Made by a program: the position numbers and the translations under genes
In this document: one piece after another, positions 1-7,500 of the stretch
Layout of the letters: each line of letters opens with the position of its first letter
How positions within the stretch are numbered: the stretch's first letter is position 1
Notes under the pieces: generated by a model
Databases searched by the model: none
Seen by the model: only the letters and a program-made list of their open reading frames with translations
Told to the model about the DNA's origin: nothing
Sequence record: NZ_CP106986.1
DNA from: a plasmid
Length of the DNA stretch: 7,500 bases
Direction: 5' to 3' (one strand)

Positions 1-847
1 CGCATCACTCAACAAACATACTTGTAGATCATATCGAGGATCTTTTTTGTCTTTAGAAAAGATTGGTCTATTGTCCTTGGATATGAATCTGCAAGAGTTT
101 TCCCTTTTAAATCATAATCTAATTCTAGATGCGATTAAAAAAGTTTCCTCTGCCAAGACTTCTTGGACCGAAGGTACTAAACAAGTTCGAGCAGCAAGCT
201 ATATTTCCTTAACAAGATTCCTAAACAGGATGACTCAAGGAATAGTCGCTATAGCGCAACCTTCTAAACAAGAAAATAGTCGAACATTTTTTAAAACCAG
301 GGAAATAGTAAAAACAGATGCGATGAACAGTTTGCAAACAGCGTCCTTCCTAAAAGAGCTAAAAAAAATCAATGCCCGGGATTGGTTGATCGCCCAGACA
401 ATGCTCCAAGGAGGTAAACGCTCCTCTGAAGTCTTAAGCTTGGAGATTAGTCAGATTTGTTTCCAACAAGCTACCATTTCTTTCTCCCAGCTTAAGAACC
501 GTCAGACAGAAAAGAGGATTATTATAACTTATCCTCAGAAGTTTATGCACTTTCTACAAGAGTACATCGGTCAACGAAGAGGTTTTGTCTTCGTAACTCG
601 CTCCGGAAAAATGGTGGGGTTAAGGCAAATCGCCCGCACGTTCTCTCAAGCAGGACTACAAGCTGCAATCCCTTTTAAGATAACCCCGCACGTGCTTCGA
701 GCAACCGCTGTGACGGAGTACAAACGCCTAGGGTGCTCAGACTCCGACATAATGAAGGTCACAGGACACGCAACCGCAAAGATGATATTTGCGTACGATA
801 AATCTTCTCGAGAAGACAACGCTTCAAAGAAGATGGCTCTAATATAG
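1..847 (+). CDS. pgp8: C-terminal part of the Pgp8 tyrosine recombinase (phage-integrase family). The 5' end lies at 7355-7500 across the circular junction. Total length is (146+847)/3 = 331 codons, i.e. 330 aa.
   Basis: The ORF track shows 47..847 with an artificial TTG start, and the frame is open back to base 2. The C-terminal catalytic region carries the R...HxxR...H...Y signature: GGKRSSEV (Arg), [10 protein letters not shown] (HxxR) and [13 protein letters not shown] (His, Tyr). Stop is TAG at 845-847. Confidence 0.9.
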   Translation, partial: ASLNKHTCRSYRGSFLSLEKIGLLSLDMNLQEFSLLNHNLILDAIKKVSSAKTSWTEGTKQVRAASYISLTRFLNRMTQGIVAIAQPSKQENSRTFFKTREIVKTDAMNSLQTASFLKELKKINARDWLIAQTMLQGGKRSSEVLSLEISQICFQQATISFSQLKNRQTEKRIIITYPQKFMHFLQEYIGQRRGFVFVTRSGKMVGLRQIARTFSQAGLQAAIPFKITPHVLRATAVTEYKRLGCSDSDIMKVTGHATAKMIFAYDKSSREDNASKKMALI

Positions 848-897
848 CCTAAAAGTGTTTTTTCTGGCAACAGAATATGAATATAATTTTAATTATA

Positions 898-1815
898 TCA
901 CAATATTGGGGGTGTTTGTACTAGAGGACTTACCTCTTCCCCAGAACAATAAGAACACACACTTTGTCTCGATGAAAGACAGGAAATACGCATGATTTCC
1001 TCATCTTTTAATCCTATTTGCTTTAAATGAATCAAAGCGCTTGCACGAAGTACTCTAGGAGTAATTTTTATTTTCATAGCACTATAGAACTCTGCAAGCC
1101 TAAAATTATGCGCAACCTGACTTGTTGTTACAGGAATCCCTATTTTAGAAACAAATACTCTCCCATTTCTCCCACAAGTGTATTTTTGCAACTCCTCCAT
1201 TAAGCTGATAGGAAATGTGATTAGAATTTTGGTTTCTTTATTCTGTCTTTTTTTAATGCGAAAGGAAATCTGATTGGATGCAAAAAATAGATCGTCTGTG
1301 CGCAAAGACAAAATTTCGTCTAACTTACGGATCCCTTGTACAATCAATTTACCGATTAAATAGTCTCTATAATTCACTATCCGGAGCGCTTCAAAAAAAA
1401 CTGTCCATTCCTGCTTAGAAATCGATTCTGTTTTGATTTTGTCTCGGATTTTAAAAAATGTAGTGTTTCCAAAATCTTTCAATGGAATAGCGGGTTTAAT
1501 ATATCCCTTGGTCAATCTATACAAAAACTTTGTGAAAGATATGTAGCATGCCGCTCTAGCCTGTTTAGAGGCCTCTGAAACGACTTTTCCATTAAAAACA
1601 TCTAGAGACTTGATTTTAAACAAAGATTCGCTGTGGTCAAGAGAAATAGCCTTTATCAAGGTTTCCGATAAATCCAGAATCTCTAAAGAAACAAGAAAGT
1701 TAATCCCAGACGCATAATTTTTTCTAGTTAGATGAGATAAAGTAGATAACCAAATTTCCGACGCGTCCCCAAAAGTTAAGAACAACCTACTTTTATGGAA
1801 AGCCATCGAGCCCAT
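898..1815 (-). CDS. pgp7: Pgp7 integrase/recombinase-like protein (plasmid CDS1), 305 aa, paralogous to Pgp8.
   Basis: Minus-strand ORF 898..1827. ATG at 1815-1813 gives [12 protein letters not shown].... The ORF track extends 4 codons further upstream to a TTG (MVKK). The C-terminal half aligns with Pgp8: [11 protein letters not shown] / [11 protein letters not shown] / CSY. Confidence 0.88.
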   Translation of the reverse strand: MGSMAFHKSRLFLTFGDASEIWLSTLSHLTRKNYASGINFLVSLEILDLSETLIKAISLDHSESLFKIKSLDVFNGKVVSEASKQARAACYISFTKFLYRLTKGYIKPAIPLKDFGNTTFFKIRDKIKTESISKQEWTVFFEALRIVNYRDYLIGKLIVQGIRKLDEILSLRTDDLFFASNQISFRIKKRQNKETKILITFPISLMEELQKYTCGRNGRVFVSKIGIPVTTSQVAHNFRLAEFYSAMKIKITPRVLRASALIHLKQIGLKDEEIMRISCLSSRQSVCSYCSGEEVSPLVQTPPIL

Positions 1816-1889
1816 TTTCTTAACCAAAGCTATTCAAAATCGGAGCTCTAAGATTTTAAGAAATTTTTCAACAAAAGTCCATTATGACC

Positions 1890-1977
1890 AAGTCTACCAC
1901 CAAGAGTTGCAAAGTCTACCACCAAGAGTTGCAAAGTCTACCACCAAGAGTTGCAAAGTCTACCACCAAGAGTTGCA
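1890..1977. repeat. Four perfect tandem copies of the 22-bp iteron AAGTCTACCACCAAGAGTTGCA (1890-1911, 1912-1933, 1934-1955, 1956-1977). Partial matches flank the array (CCA before, AA after).
   Basis: Read directly from the sequence. This is a direct head-to-tail repeat with no spacers. It corresponds to the known 22-bp repeats of the chlamydial plasmid origin. Confidence 0.95.
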
Positions 1978-2005
1978 AATCTCTCTCGTAAAATCAAATC
2001 CCTAA

Positions 2006-2032
2006 ATATATATATATAATAGATATATATAT
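2006..2032. repeat. Alternating (TA)n / AT-only tract (atatatatatataatagatatatatat). Candidate DNA-unwinding element next to the iterons.
   Basis: About 27 bp composed only of A and T, mostly strict TA alternation, directly downstream of the iteron array. Confidence 0.5.
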
Positions 2033-2053
2033 GAGCTGACGGAGGATCAGCTC
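2033..2053 (-). terminator. Small stem-loop GAGCTGA-cggagga-TCAGCTC overlapping the pgp6 stop codon. Possible 3' structure of the pgp1-6 transcripts, or an origin structure.
   Basis: Perfect 7-bp inverted repeat with a 7-nt loop. On the minus strand it sits at or after the pgp6 TGA and is followed by AT-rich sequence. It is not a canonical U-tract terminator. Confidence 0.25.
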
Positions 2054-2790
2054 TTTTGCTTAAAAAGTTCAAAAAGCTGTTGTAGAAGATTTTCGTTATA
2101 GGAGGACAAAGAAACTCCGGAACACATGATGCGAAGTATCTCTATTAAGAAATCAGATAATTGGCGATTCTTCTCTGAATCAGACTTATCTATCGTTTCT
2201 CTAACGTCTTTGTTTCTAGATGAAGGAAGAAATTGATCCAACACCCTTATCGCCGATGAGTTCGACATTCCACATACTTTCCCTATCACATCGACCTTGG
2301 TTTTTAAATCGCCTTTTCTAGCGGCCAAAATATATGCGGATTTATAGGGGATCGATTGAAACTCTTTTTGTAGAGTTTGGTTGGGGAGGTTTATAAAAAG
2401 CTCGTAATATGCAAGAGCATTGTAAGCAGAAGACTTAGTTCTAAAAACTAACTCTATCCAAGATGAAAAAGTTGTTGAGGAGAAGTGATCCTTACTCAGG
2501 ATTTTTCTAGCATTATAGATTTTTTCTCCTAAAAGAAGTACGTGTTGCTTCTGTATGGATTTTATCTGACCAGTAAGCAGTTTTACCGCTAGGATGTCTT
2601 CTTGATAAAATTCTTCATCCGAATAGTTTTGGGACTCTGATAAAAATAATTGATCCAAACTCTGACTTTCCTCAGAATTCAAAGTTGCTGAGAATAGTTC
2701 AATGGAAGGAAGCGTCTTCTTAAAATCTAAAGAAGCGGCAGTTTGATTTTTTTTAAAAAAGACATTCGCTTCTTTTTTTAGTTTGTTCAC
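2047..2790 (-). CDS. pgp6: Pgp6 (plasmid CDS8), 247 aa. No recognisable catalytic motif. Probable partition or maintenance partner of Pgp5.
   Basis: ORF 2047..2790 on the minus strand, MNKLKKEANVFFKK.... The apparent start is GTG, overlapping the pgp5 stop (GTGA), which suggests translational coupling. Confidence 0.85.
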   Translation of the reverse strand: MNKLKKEANVFFKKNQTAASLDFKKTLPSIELFSATLNSEESQSLDQLFLSESQNYSDEEFYQEDILAVKLLTGQIKSIQKQHVLLLGEKIYNARKILSKDHFSSTTFSSWIELVFRTKSSAYNALAYYELFINLPNQTLQKEFQSIPYKSAYILAARKGDLKTKVDVIGKVCGMSNSSAIRVLDQFLPSSRNKDVRETIDKSDSEKNRQLSDFLIEILRIMCSGVSLSSYNENLLQQLFELFKQKS

Positions 2791-3581
2791 GTTGTCCTCT
2801 GAGAGTAATCTCGTTCATATTCGATATGCAAAATATTTGCTATTTCATGCGTTAACTTCAGAATATCTTCTGCGGCCCTAGAATTTGGATAGACATTAGC
2901 TACAGAATCTTCTTTAAGAAGAGAACGGCTGAGAGAAATATCTCGACGAATTTTTGTTGAAAAAAGCTTGTTTTTGTAAATAGACTCGATAATGTCTATA
3001 TACATTTGGTTAGTCGAGTTACGATCATCCCAAAAAGACAAAGCTATTCCAAGAATGTGTTCTTCTTCAGGTTTTCCGACCGAACTTAAGAATTCACGTA
3101 TCTTTTGTAACCCTAGAATAGAAAAAGGTTCTGGAGTTAAACAAGCAATTAATTTGTCTCCTGCAACAAAAGCTTCTTTCGTTAACCCTCCTAGGCTAGG
3201 TGGAGTGTCTATTATGCAGATGTCATAAAAAGGAGCGCAGTACTCATTCAGAAATAACTTTAAGTTGTTACTAGGTCCTCTATGAATATCCAATTCTCTA
3301 AACTGTTCGGATAAAAATGATGCAGGAATTAGGTCCACACTATCTTTTTTTGTTTCGCAAATGATTGATTTTAAATCGTTTGATGTGTATACTATGTCGT
3401 GTAAGCCTTTTTGGTTACTTCTGACACTAGCCCCCAATCCAGAAGATAAATTGGATTGCGGGTCTAGGTCAGCAAGTAACACTTTTTTCCCTAAAAATTG
3501 GGCCAAGTTGCATCCCACGTTTAGAGAAAGTGTTGTTTTTCCAGTTCCTCCCTTAAAAGAGCAAAAAACTAAGGTGTGCAA
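2787..3581 (-). CDS. pgp5: Pgp5 (plasmid CDS7), a ParA/MinD-family partition ATPase, 264 aa.
   Basis: Deviant Walker A motif FKGGTGKTT at the N-terminus, with DLDPQ and IIDTPPS motifs typical of ParA/MinD. The 264-aa length requires a TTG start at 3581. There is no upstream in-frame ATG. Confidence 0.88.
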   Translation of the reverse strand: MHTLVFCSFKGGTGKTTLSLNVGCNLAQFLGKKVLLADLDPQSNLSSGLGASVRSNQKGLHDIVYTSNDLKSIICETKKDSVDLIPASFLSEQFRELDIHRGPSNNLKLFLNEYCAPFYDICIIDTPPSLGGLTKEAFVAGDKLIACLTPEPFSILGLQKIREFLSSVGKPEEEHILGIALSFWDDRNSTNQMYIDIIESIYKNKLFSTKIRRDISLSRSLLKEDSVANVYPNSRAAEDILKLTHEIANILHIEYERDYSQRTT

Positions 3582-3608
3582 ATCAACTCCAACGTTAGAG
3601 TAAGTTAT

Positions 3609-3917
3609 CTATTCAGCCTTGGAAAACATGTCTTTTCTAGACAAGATAAGCATAATCAAAGCCTTTTTTAGCTTTAAACTGTTATCCTCTAATTTTTCAA
3701 GAACAGGAGAGTCTGGGAATAATCCTAAAGAGTTTTCTATTTGTTGAAGCAGTCCTAGAATTAGTGAGACACTTTTATGGTAGAGTTCTAAGGGAGAATT
3801 TAAGAAAGTTACTTTTTCCTTGTTTACTCGTATTTTTAGGTCTAATTCGGGGAAATCTTTTTTCACATCTTTAACAATTTTAATAAAATCGTCCCTCACT
3901 TTGCTTTTATTTTGCAT
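3609..3917 (-). CDS. pgp4: Pgp4 (plasmid CDS6), 102 aa. It is the plasmid-encoded transcriptional regulator of pgp3 and of chromosomal genes such as glgA.
   Basis: ATG start at 3917, 102 aa, [15 protein letters not shown].... Its position between pgp3 and pgp5 matches the known gene order. Confidence 0.88.
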
Positions 3918-3986
3918 AACAAACCCCGTAATTCGAACTTTTTTCTCTAAATATAAAACCTATAAGAAAAATCCAATAAAAATTGT

Positions 3987-4781
3987 TTAAGCGTTTGTTT
4001 GAGGTATTACCTCCAAAAAAGATACATTAGAAGTATTTGTTATTCCTAAAATATCATTGCCATTAGAAAGGGCATTAACCCATACCACACCGCTTTCTAA
4101 ACCGCCTACACGTAATGAATACGTTGTCGGAGTCAATCCTGTATTAATAATTCTGGTTCTTAGACTACATAAATTAGGAACGCCTGATGAGTATCCATAA
4201 CTAATCGCGTAGGGCTTAGAATCACCTTCTCGTACCAAAGCTAGAACAACGCCGCCTTCCATTCTTGATGCAATAATATCTGCTGAGACTAAGAACATGC
4301 TCCCAGAGCTTTTGGGTGTGACTGTGAATTTTCCTATTTCAGTTCCTCCTAATAAAGTTTCAATGTTCCTGGGAGTGAATAACCCGTTGCATTGAATTTT
4401 ATTAGTGATTGGAAAGTTGTTAAAAGCTTTCAACAAACCTAGAGAAGGGTCTGTTGTGATTTTGTCTAAAATATCTTGGACTGTACTATCAACAATAGTA
4501 TCAGCAATTCCACCAAGAATTTGATCTCCCAACTTTTCTAGAATAAGCTGGTAAGCTTTTTCCGCATCCAAACCAATTGTAATAGAAGCATTGGTTGATG
4601 GATTATTGGAGACTGTTAAAGATATTCCATCAGAAGCTGTCATTTTGGCTGCGACAGGTGTTGATGTTGTCCCAAGGATTATTTGCTGGTCCTTGAGCGG
4701 CTCTGTCATTTGCCCAACTTTGATATTATCAGCAAAGACGCAGTTTTGAGTGTTATACAAATAAAAACCAGAATTTCCCAT
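3987..4781 (-). CDS. pgp3: Pgp3 (plasmid CDS5), 264 aa. This is the secreted trimeric virulence protein and immunodominant antigen.
   Basis: ATG at 4781, [33 protein letters not shown].... It has a Gly/Ser/Thr-rich composition and ends ...[11 protein letters not shown]. This matches my recollection of C. trachomatis Pgp3. Confidence 0.9.
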
Positions 4782-4842
4782 TTTAAAACTCTTTTTTATT
4801 TTGAGCTTTAAATAAATTAGGTTTTTAGTTTCAAGTTTGCTA

Positions 4843-5907
4843 TTAATTAATAGATTCTTGTTCTAATTGTTCCATTTGTTCTTTAGATTTCTTAGTTATT
4901 TCTTCAAAACGCTCTTTATTTAGATATAGAATTTCTTTTTTAGAGAGTTTAGAAGAATCCAGAAATTCAATGCGTTTTCTTCTAGATAACCAACCAAGCT
5001 GAATGGCGATTTCTATACATTTATCGATAGCTAACTCGATTTTTTTCCAGTTCCTTGTACAAATGTACCGATTCATCCTTAAAATATATGCAAGACTTTT
5101 AACGTTAACGTTTAAGAACAAGTTTTCTGGCCAAGAATTATCCTTAGTTAATTTTCGTCTCTTTTTCGCAGCTGCTGTAATCACCCAGTCGATAAATGTG
5201 TAAGCATACTTTGATGCATTTGGGAAGCGCATTTTTATTTCTTGGTATACATTTGCAGGCTTGATTACAAAGTAGGATTCTATTTGATCTACCAAGATAG
5301 GACATGGCTCTACAACGAACCCTTTATGTTTCCGTGTAGATGGTGAATTAAAAGGTGTTAAGTCTATATCTATATTTTCTTCGTCAGTTAAACCTTCCCA
5401 TCCTTCGTAAATCCTAATGATCGGAGAAAGAGTTTGGTAACGGTCTACTATTTGTGTTCCATTAGTCCATCGAGTTCTAGTTGCCACTATTAAAAACGGT
5501 TGATGTCCTAAATGGTATAAGGCTTCTAAAGCAGTTTCAGCTTCTTTTCCACTAAACTCATACTTATTTCTGGATGTTTTATACCGCTTAACTCCATAAG
5601 CCTCTAAGAATTCAGTTTTTGTAAAACGGATTCTTGGTATCCATCCTTCAAATTGAAAACTATTTGATTCTCTGGATAAAACAACCCCTTTTGTGTTCCC
5701 CTTGTAATTCGTTGCAGTCAGCAATCTTTGGATAGCTGCTAATGCATGGTAATGAGATGAAAGAAAATCAAGACCTATAACTTCTACCATCCCATTTTGA
5801 GCCAATTTGGGAGATATCTTAATAGATTGACCAGGTCTTCTTCCAAACTTCTGATTTTCAAGGTGGATAGGACTTTTGATGAAGTGGCAGTTACTATAAT
5901 TTACCAT
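4843..5907 (-). CDS. pgp2: Pgp2 (plasmid CDS4), 354 aa. Function unknown, reported to be essential for plasmid maintenance.
   Basis: ATG at 5907, [18 protein letters not shown].... The ATG overlaps the pgp1 stop by 7 nt. Confidence 0.88.
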
Positions 5908-7256
5908 ACTTTTTTAATAGCGGAGAATTTACTAATTTTTGGATCGAAATGTAATACCGAAGAGAAAACCGATCCATGTCTATTTTTCCCAACAGTTATC
6001 TCACAATTAGAAGACGATTCCTTCCTATTGATAAACAAAATCACATCTGCGTCTTGCTCTATTTGACCGCTGTCTCGCAAATCTGAAAGCATGGGAACTT
6101 TATTTGCTCTATCCTCAACTTTTCTAGATAGTTGGGATAAACAAACTATAGGAATGTTTAGCTCTGAGGCTAAACCTCTTAAGGTTCTAGATATATCTGC
6201 TATTTCATTTTGACGATTTTCTCCAACCGATGAGTTGATCAACTGCAAGTAATCGATAAATATTACGTCTACTCGATCTTCTTTTCTCAGCAACCGGATC
6301 TGATTCGCGATTAAATTAAGCTTATACTGACTATCACTGCAGATATAAAAATGTGATTCTCTAACTGTTTCTCCAGCTTCTTCTACTCGGAATAATTCTT
6401 CTTTAGAGAGATCCCCTCTTTGTAATTTTTCACCAGATATTCCTGTTAAATTAGCAATAATCCGCTCAACAATTTGACCTGCGCTCATTTCTAGAGATAG
6501 GAAACCAACTCTACGCTGTTGAGTAACCGCAAGATTTATCGCCATGTCTATAGCTAAAGCAGTTTTCCCTATAGATGGCCTAGCTGCTATAATCACGAAA
6601 TTACCTTTAGCTAAGATAACTCCTTTATCATCAATATCCTTGTATCCTGTTGGGAAGGCATCAAAGAAAGAATTTTGATTCTCAGAGAACGTTGCTCGTC
6701 TTTTTTTTATACGAGCCAGCACTCCAATTTCTGACTGTGAGAATATATCATAAATAGACCGGCCTCTAGCGCTGCGAATAGAAAAAGTCTTTGCTATAGC
6801 ACTGTCAAGCCTTCCCTTTATACGCTCAAGCAATAGAAACGGAGATCTACGCAATGGATTTTCATTGTACTCATTAAACGAGCGGAAAATGAAATTACTC
6901 AAATTTTCTTCAGCGCTACACACGCTCAAATCATCGAGGAAAACCGTATGAGAAACGGATCTAAGCTTGTCATTTGATAAAGCATCATGCAACATTAACC
7001 CGAGATACGATTTGTCCATATCTTTGATACGACGCCGCAAAAGCTCTTCCCAAGCCGAGTCTACAGTTATAGGTAATCCATTGTCTTTTAAGTATTTAAA
7101 TACTATGAATATGTTTTTATGATGAGAACACTTAAACTCATAATTAGCAAGCTGCCTCAGAATATACTCAGTAGAGTCTTCAAATATCAGAGCTTTACCT
7201 AACAACGCATACTCGATATCTTGCATGCGATTTTCTATTTCGGAACGAGTTTTCAT
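5901..7256 (-). CDS. pgp1: Pgp1 (plasmid CDS3), DnaB-like replicative helicase, 451 aa.
   Basis: ATG at 7256. Walker A ARPSIGKTALAID, Walker B-like VIFIDYLQL and the DnaB C-terminal RecA-fold motifs (SQLSR, DLRDSGQIEQDAD) are all visible in the translation. Confidence 0.92.
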   Translation of the reverse strand: MKTRSEIENRMQDIEYALLGKALIFEDSTEYILRQLANYEFKCSHHKNIFIVFKYLKDNGLPITVDSAWEELLRRRIKDMDKSYLGLMLHDALSNDKLRSVSHTVFLDDLSVCSAEENLSNFIFRSFNEYNENPLRRSPFLLLERIKGRLDSAIAKTFSIRSARGRSIYDIFSQSEIGVLARIKKRRATFSENQNSFFDAFPTGYKDIDDKGVILAKGNFVIIAARPSIGKTALAIDMAINLAVTQQRRVGFLSLEMSAGQIVERIIANLTGISGEKLQRGDLSKEELFRVEEAGETVRESHFYICSDSQYKLNLIANQIRLLRKEDRVDVIFIDYLQLINSSVGENRQNEIADISRTLRGLASELNIPIVCLSQLSRKVEDRANKVPMLSDLRDSGQIEQDADVILFINRKESSSNCEITVGKNRHGSVFSSVLHFDPKISKFSAIKKVW

Positions 7257-7354
7257 GTTTATATAAAAAAATACCGAGCGTGCTATCCTGTTAACAACCT
7301 GATTATTTCACTAATCAGGACATTTTACGGATAGGTTATATCACGAGGGATTTC
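7257..7354. promoter_or_regulatory. Divergent promoter/leader region for pgp1 (minus strand) and pgp8 (plus strand). It contains an inverted repeat CCTGATTA-tttcac-TAATCAGG at 7298-7319.
   Basis: 98-bp AT-rich gap between divergently oriented start codons, with an SD for pgp8 at 7345-7350. The palindrome was read directly from the sequence. Confidence 0.5.
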
Positions 7355-7500
7355 ATGGGTAAAGGGATTTTATCTTTGCAGCAAGAAATGTCGTTAGAAT
7401 ATAGCGAAAAGTCTTATCAGGAAGTTTTAAAAATTCGCCAAGAATCCTATTGGAAACGCATGAAAAGCTTCTCCTTATTCGAAGTTATTATGCATTGGAC
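7355..7500 (+). CDS. pgp8: N-terminal part of the Pgp8 tyrosine recombinase/integrase (plasmid CDS2). The reading frame runs off the window end and resumes in frame at base 1.
   Basis: ATG at 7355 is preceded by a GAGGGA Shine-Dalgarno at 7345-7350. Translation MGKGILSLQQEMSLEYSEKSYQEVLKIRQESYWKRMKSFSLFEVIMHW matches my recollection of the Pgp8 N-terminus. The last two bases (ac) plus base 1 (c) form a Thr codon that continues into [15 protein letters not shown]...LSLEKIG at 2-46. Confidence 0.85.
   Translation, partial: MGKGILSLQQEMSLEYSEKSYQEVLKIRQESYWKRMKSFSLFEVIMHW

Larger units (their letters stand above)
1828..2046. other. Putative origin of replication and pgp7 promoter region. This is the intergenic stretch between the pgp7 start and the pgp6 stop, and it contains the iterons, the (TA)n tract and a hairpin.
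   Basis: It is the only sizeable non-coding stretch other than the pgp1/pgp8 region. It holds four 22-bp direct repeats followed by an alternating TA tract. Published work on the chlamydial plasmid places ori at the 22-bp repeats. Confidence 0.7.

Noticed and set aside
47-49. TTG at 47 given as the pgp8 start in the ORF track
   Set aside because: The frame is open back to base 2 and joins in frame to the ATG at 7355 across the circular junction. The TTG start is an artefact of linearisation.
646-870. 74-aa ORF on the minus strand as a protein-coding gene
   Set aside because: It is antisense to the pgp8 3' end. It is better explained as chance ORF or sRNA territory.
1890-1977. 22-bp direct repeats that might be taken for a CRISPR array
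   Set aside because: The copies are strictly head-to-tail with no spacers. There are only four units and no cas genes. This is the known iteron array of the plasmid origin.
2992-3228. 78-aa ORF on the plus strand
   Set aside because: It lies entirely inside pgp5 on the opposite strand and is low-complexity. This is typical of a spurious antisense ORF in AT-rich DNA. It is noted only as a possible sRNA locus.
3361-3603. 80-aa ORF on the plus strand
   Set aside because: It is antisense to the 5' end of pgp5 and the pgp4/pgp5 junction. It has no motif, and the eight-gene set already accounts for all the coding capacity.
5003-5203. 66-aa ORF on the plus strand
   Set aside because: It is embedded antisense within pgp2. 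The hydrophobic, F/L-rich translation is what the reverse strand of an AT-rich gene typically yields.
5797-6066. 89-aa ORF on the plus strand
   Set aside because: It is antisense across the pgp1/pgp2 overlap. I see no support for coding.
1-7500. A novel defence, toxin-antitoxin or other undescribed accessory system
   Set aside because: Every ORF above noise is accounted for by the eight conserved chlamydial plasmid genes. The intergenic space is small and explained by ori and promoters. I see nothing pointing to a new system.

Overview
This 7.5 kb window appears to be essentially the whole cryptic (virulence) plasmid of Chlamydia, most likely C. trachomatis, linearised inside one gene. It is AT-rich (roughly 36% GC by eye) and every long ORF corresponds to one of the eight known plasmid genes. 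Seven lie on the minus strand as an almost gap-free head-to-tail array: pgp1 (DnaB-like helicase, 451 aa), pgp2 (354 aa), pgp3 (secreted virulence protein, 264 aa), pgp4 (regulator, 102 aa), pgp5 (ParA/MinD-type ATPase, 264 aa), pgp6 (247 aa) and pgp7 (tyrosine-recombinase-like, 305 aa). The eighth, pgp8 (tyrosine recombinase, 330 aa), lies on the plus strand. It starts at 7355, runs off the right end of the window and continues in frame at base 1, ending at 847. This means the window behaves as a 7500-bp circle cut inside pgp8. The replication-origin hallmark of this plasmid family is present. Four perfect 22-bp tandem iterons sit at 1890-1977 between pgp7 and pgp6. A (TA)n tract and a small hairpin follow immediately after them. 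I do not find an undescribed system here. The minor points worth noting are the in-frame circular junction, the degenerate catalytic motifs of pgp7 compared with its paralogue pgp8, an 8-bp inverted repeat in the divergent pgp1/pgp8 promoter region, and apparent non-ATG starts for pgp5 and pgp6. Small antisense ORFs also fall where antisense sRNAs have been reported for this plasmid.
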